A DNA stretch of 25,762 bases from NCBI GenBank assembly GCA_037133055.1, contig JBAXOY010000037.1, positions 1-25,762 on the forward strand. Direction: 5' to 3'. Origin of the DNA: Chlamydiota bacterium. GTDB taxonomy: Bacteria; Auribacterota; Tritonobacteria; UBA1439. The position numbers were made by a program, and so were the translations under genes. Each line of letters begins with the position of its first letter. Position 1 is the stretch's first letter. The notes beneath the pieces are model-generated. The model did no database searches and was not told the origin of the DNA. It was given only the letters and a program-made list of their open reading frames with translations. Of this stretch, positions 24,189 through 25,762 are shown one piece after another.

Positions 24189-25121
24189 TCACTCTCTTTT
24201 CATGACCTTGATCAGGCCCCTGTCGAACGCCCGGGCGGCGTGCTTCCCCATTTTTTTCAGCCGCTGGTTGAGGGCGGCCGCCTCGAGCAGCAGGACGATG
24301 TCCCTGCCCGGCCTCACCGGGATGATGAGGTGGGGGAGCTTCTGGCCCAGGATATCGATCTCCTTGTCCTCGAGCCCGAGGCGCTCGTATTCCTTGCCGG
24401 CCTCCCACTCCTCGAGGGTCACCACGAGCTCGACCTCCTGCGAGTCCTTGATGCAGGTCGCCCCGTAGAGGTCCTGGACGTTGATGATCCCGAGGCCACG
24501 GATCTCCATGTGGTGCTTCACGATCTCGGAGCCGGCGCCCATGAGGTACTTCCCCTCGCGGAGCTGGATCTTCACGACGTCGTCGGCGATCAGGCGGTGG
24601 CCGCGCTTGATCAGGCCCAGGGCGCACTCGCTTTTCCCGACGCCGCTCTTGCCGCAGATGAGGATGCCCACGCCGTAGACCTCGAGCAGATTGCCGCCGA
24701 TGGTGGTGGAGGGGGAGAACTCGTCCTCAAGGAATATCGTCGCCTGGTTGATGAGCGTCATGGTGCCCATGGGTCTCCTGAAGAGGGGTACCCCCGCGCG
24801 GTCGGTCTCCTCCGGGCGCTCGTAGGGCGGCAGGCAGTCGCGTCCGATGATGACCCAGGGCCCCCGCCGCCGCAGCAGCTCGCGGAACCGCTTGCGCCTC
24901 AGGTCGGACTCCATGCTGTGGAGGTAGTTGATCTCGACCATCCCGAGCACCTGCGGCCGCCGGTTGGCGAAGTAGTCGAAGTAGCCGGCGAGCGCGAGTC
25001 CCGGGCGGTTCAGCTCCGGCACCATGATGCGGCGCTTCAGCCCCTTCCCTCCCGCGACGAGGCGGAGCTTCAGCTTGTCGCGGGTGATCCGGTAAAACTC
25101 TTCGACCTTGATGCCGCGCAT
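24189..25121 (-). CDS. hprK: HPr(Ser) kinase/phosphorylase
   Basis: NRPGLALAG, GKSGVGKSE, LIADD, EIRGLGIIN, IPVRPGR. Confidence 0.97.
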   Translation of the reverse strand: MRGIKVEEFYRITRDKLKLRLVAGGKGLKRRIMVPELNRPGLALAGYFDYFANRRPQVLGMVEINYLHSMESDLRRKRFRELLRRRGPWVIIGRDCLPPYERPEETDRAGVPLFRRPMGTMTLINQATIFLEDEFSPSTTIGGNLLEVYGVGILICGKSGVGKSECALGLIKRGHRLIADDVVKIQLREGKYLMGAGSEIVKHHMEIRGLGIINVQDLYGATCIKDSQEVELVVTLEEWEAGKEYERLGLEDKEIDILGQKLPHLIIPVRPGRDIVLLLEAAALNQRLKKMGKHAARAFDRGLIKVMKRE

Positions 25122-25171
25122 GGTCTCTCCGCCCGGGATCGGCTCCCGAGTGAACAGGGTGTTATCGCAGC

Positions 25172-25401
25172 ACGCAGATGAACGCAGATCGTGAGGATGA
25201 ACGCAGATCGGACCACGGTTGAAAGCTCAAAGCGACATGGGACTCTGAACTTGCGACCTTCAACCTTGGGATGTTCTCCTATCTGTGCTCGTCTGTGTCC
25301 CGAACATCGTTTAATTTTGGACGCAGATTTCGCAGATCACGCAGATACCACGGTGTATCCCGGCCATCCTGACTATCTGCGTTCATCTGCGTCCCGGCGT
25401 T
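25172..25401. repeat. Composite ACGCAGAT-repeat palindromic element (BIME/MITE-like)
   Basis: ACGCAGATGAACGCAGAT (25172-25189) is the exact reverse complement of 25375-25392; further internal CGCAGAT copies; 25385-25401 is identical to window positions 1-17. Confidence 0.8.
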
Positions 25402-25416
25402 AACGTGCCGTGCGGT

Positions 25417-25761
25417 TCACGGCCTCGGTTCGATGAGCCCGTAGTCGCCGTTCGCCTGCGCGTAGACGACGCAGGGGTTCCTCGCCTCGGTGTTCATGAA
25501 AAAGCGGTACTTCGCCCCGGCCTCCGTCATCGCCTCGACGGCCTCCTCGGGCGTGGCCCAGTCGACGGTGCAGTCCTCTTTCCGGGAGGCGCGCGGCTTC
25601 CGGTCCGGGGTGACCGACTCCTCGCGGCATACCCGCATCCGGAACACCGCGGGACGGCTGGGACCCTGGAGCTTCTTGGGGACAAGGTGTCCGATCTCGC
25701 CCTCGCCGGGCCGGCAGAGCAGGTTCACCCGCTCGGTGTCCGCGTTCAGGAAGACGAAAAA
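25417..25761 (-). CDS. hpf: 3' part of ribosome hibernation promoting factor (long HPF/RaiA family); the 5' end is outside the window
   Basis: Frame open to the window edge; two S30AE C-terminal-like units (FFVFLNADTERVNLL...G.L.P and TPEEAV..M......FFMN......VVY....GDYGLIEP); upstream of hprK as usual. Confidence 0.75.
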   Translation of the reverse strand, partial: FFVFLNADTERVNLLCRPGEGEIGHLVPKKLQGPSRPAVFRMRVCREESVTPDRKPRASRKEDCTVDWATPEEAVEAMTEAGAKYRFFMNTEARNPCVVYAQANGDYGLIEPRP

Positions 25762-25762
25762 G

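Noticed and set aside
25172..25401. CRISPR array, or the 70-aa ORF 25191-25403
   Set aside because: Repeat units are 8-10 nt and inverted, with no regular spacers and no cas genes; the ORF is only the translated repeat

Overview
GC-rich bacterial chromosomal window (roughly 65-70% GC by eye). The taxon is uncertain; the protein style suggests a PVC-related or candidate-phylum anaerobe, which is inference only. From left to right: (1) an envelope-glycan cluster of three secreted GH26-fold paralogues sharing an unnamed C-terminal domain, one of which has lost its catalytic nucleophile, around a polyprenol-phosphate mannose synthase, followed by a small lipoprotein and a Ddl-like ATP-grasp enzyme; (2) a TPR protein; (3) a lower-GC two-gene islet (GH123/DUF4091-like hydrolase plus CBM-like protein, both with exported zinc ribbons) next to tRNA-Gly(TCC); (4) a B12 radical SAM enzyme, a GAF/PAS histidine kinase and a second radical SAM protein; (5) a secreted purple-acid-type phosphatase behind a complete sigma54/IHF/enhancer promoter, two secreted proteins carrying six Ada-type Zn modules, a divergent DNase I-like lipoprotein and a VirB10/TrbI-like secreted protein; (6) ptsI-ptsH-hprK and the 3' part of an hpf gene with a duplicated C-terminal domain. 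Intergenic spaces carry several short-period and palindromic repeats. The best candidates for undescribed systems are the putative extracellular-DNA capture/scavenging locus (16362-22060) and the putative C-terminal sorting domains on the secreted enzymes. All family calls come from motif recognition, not from database searches.
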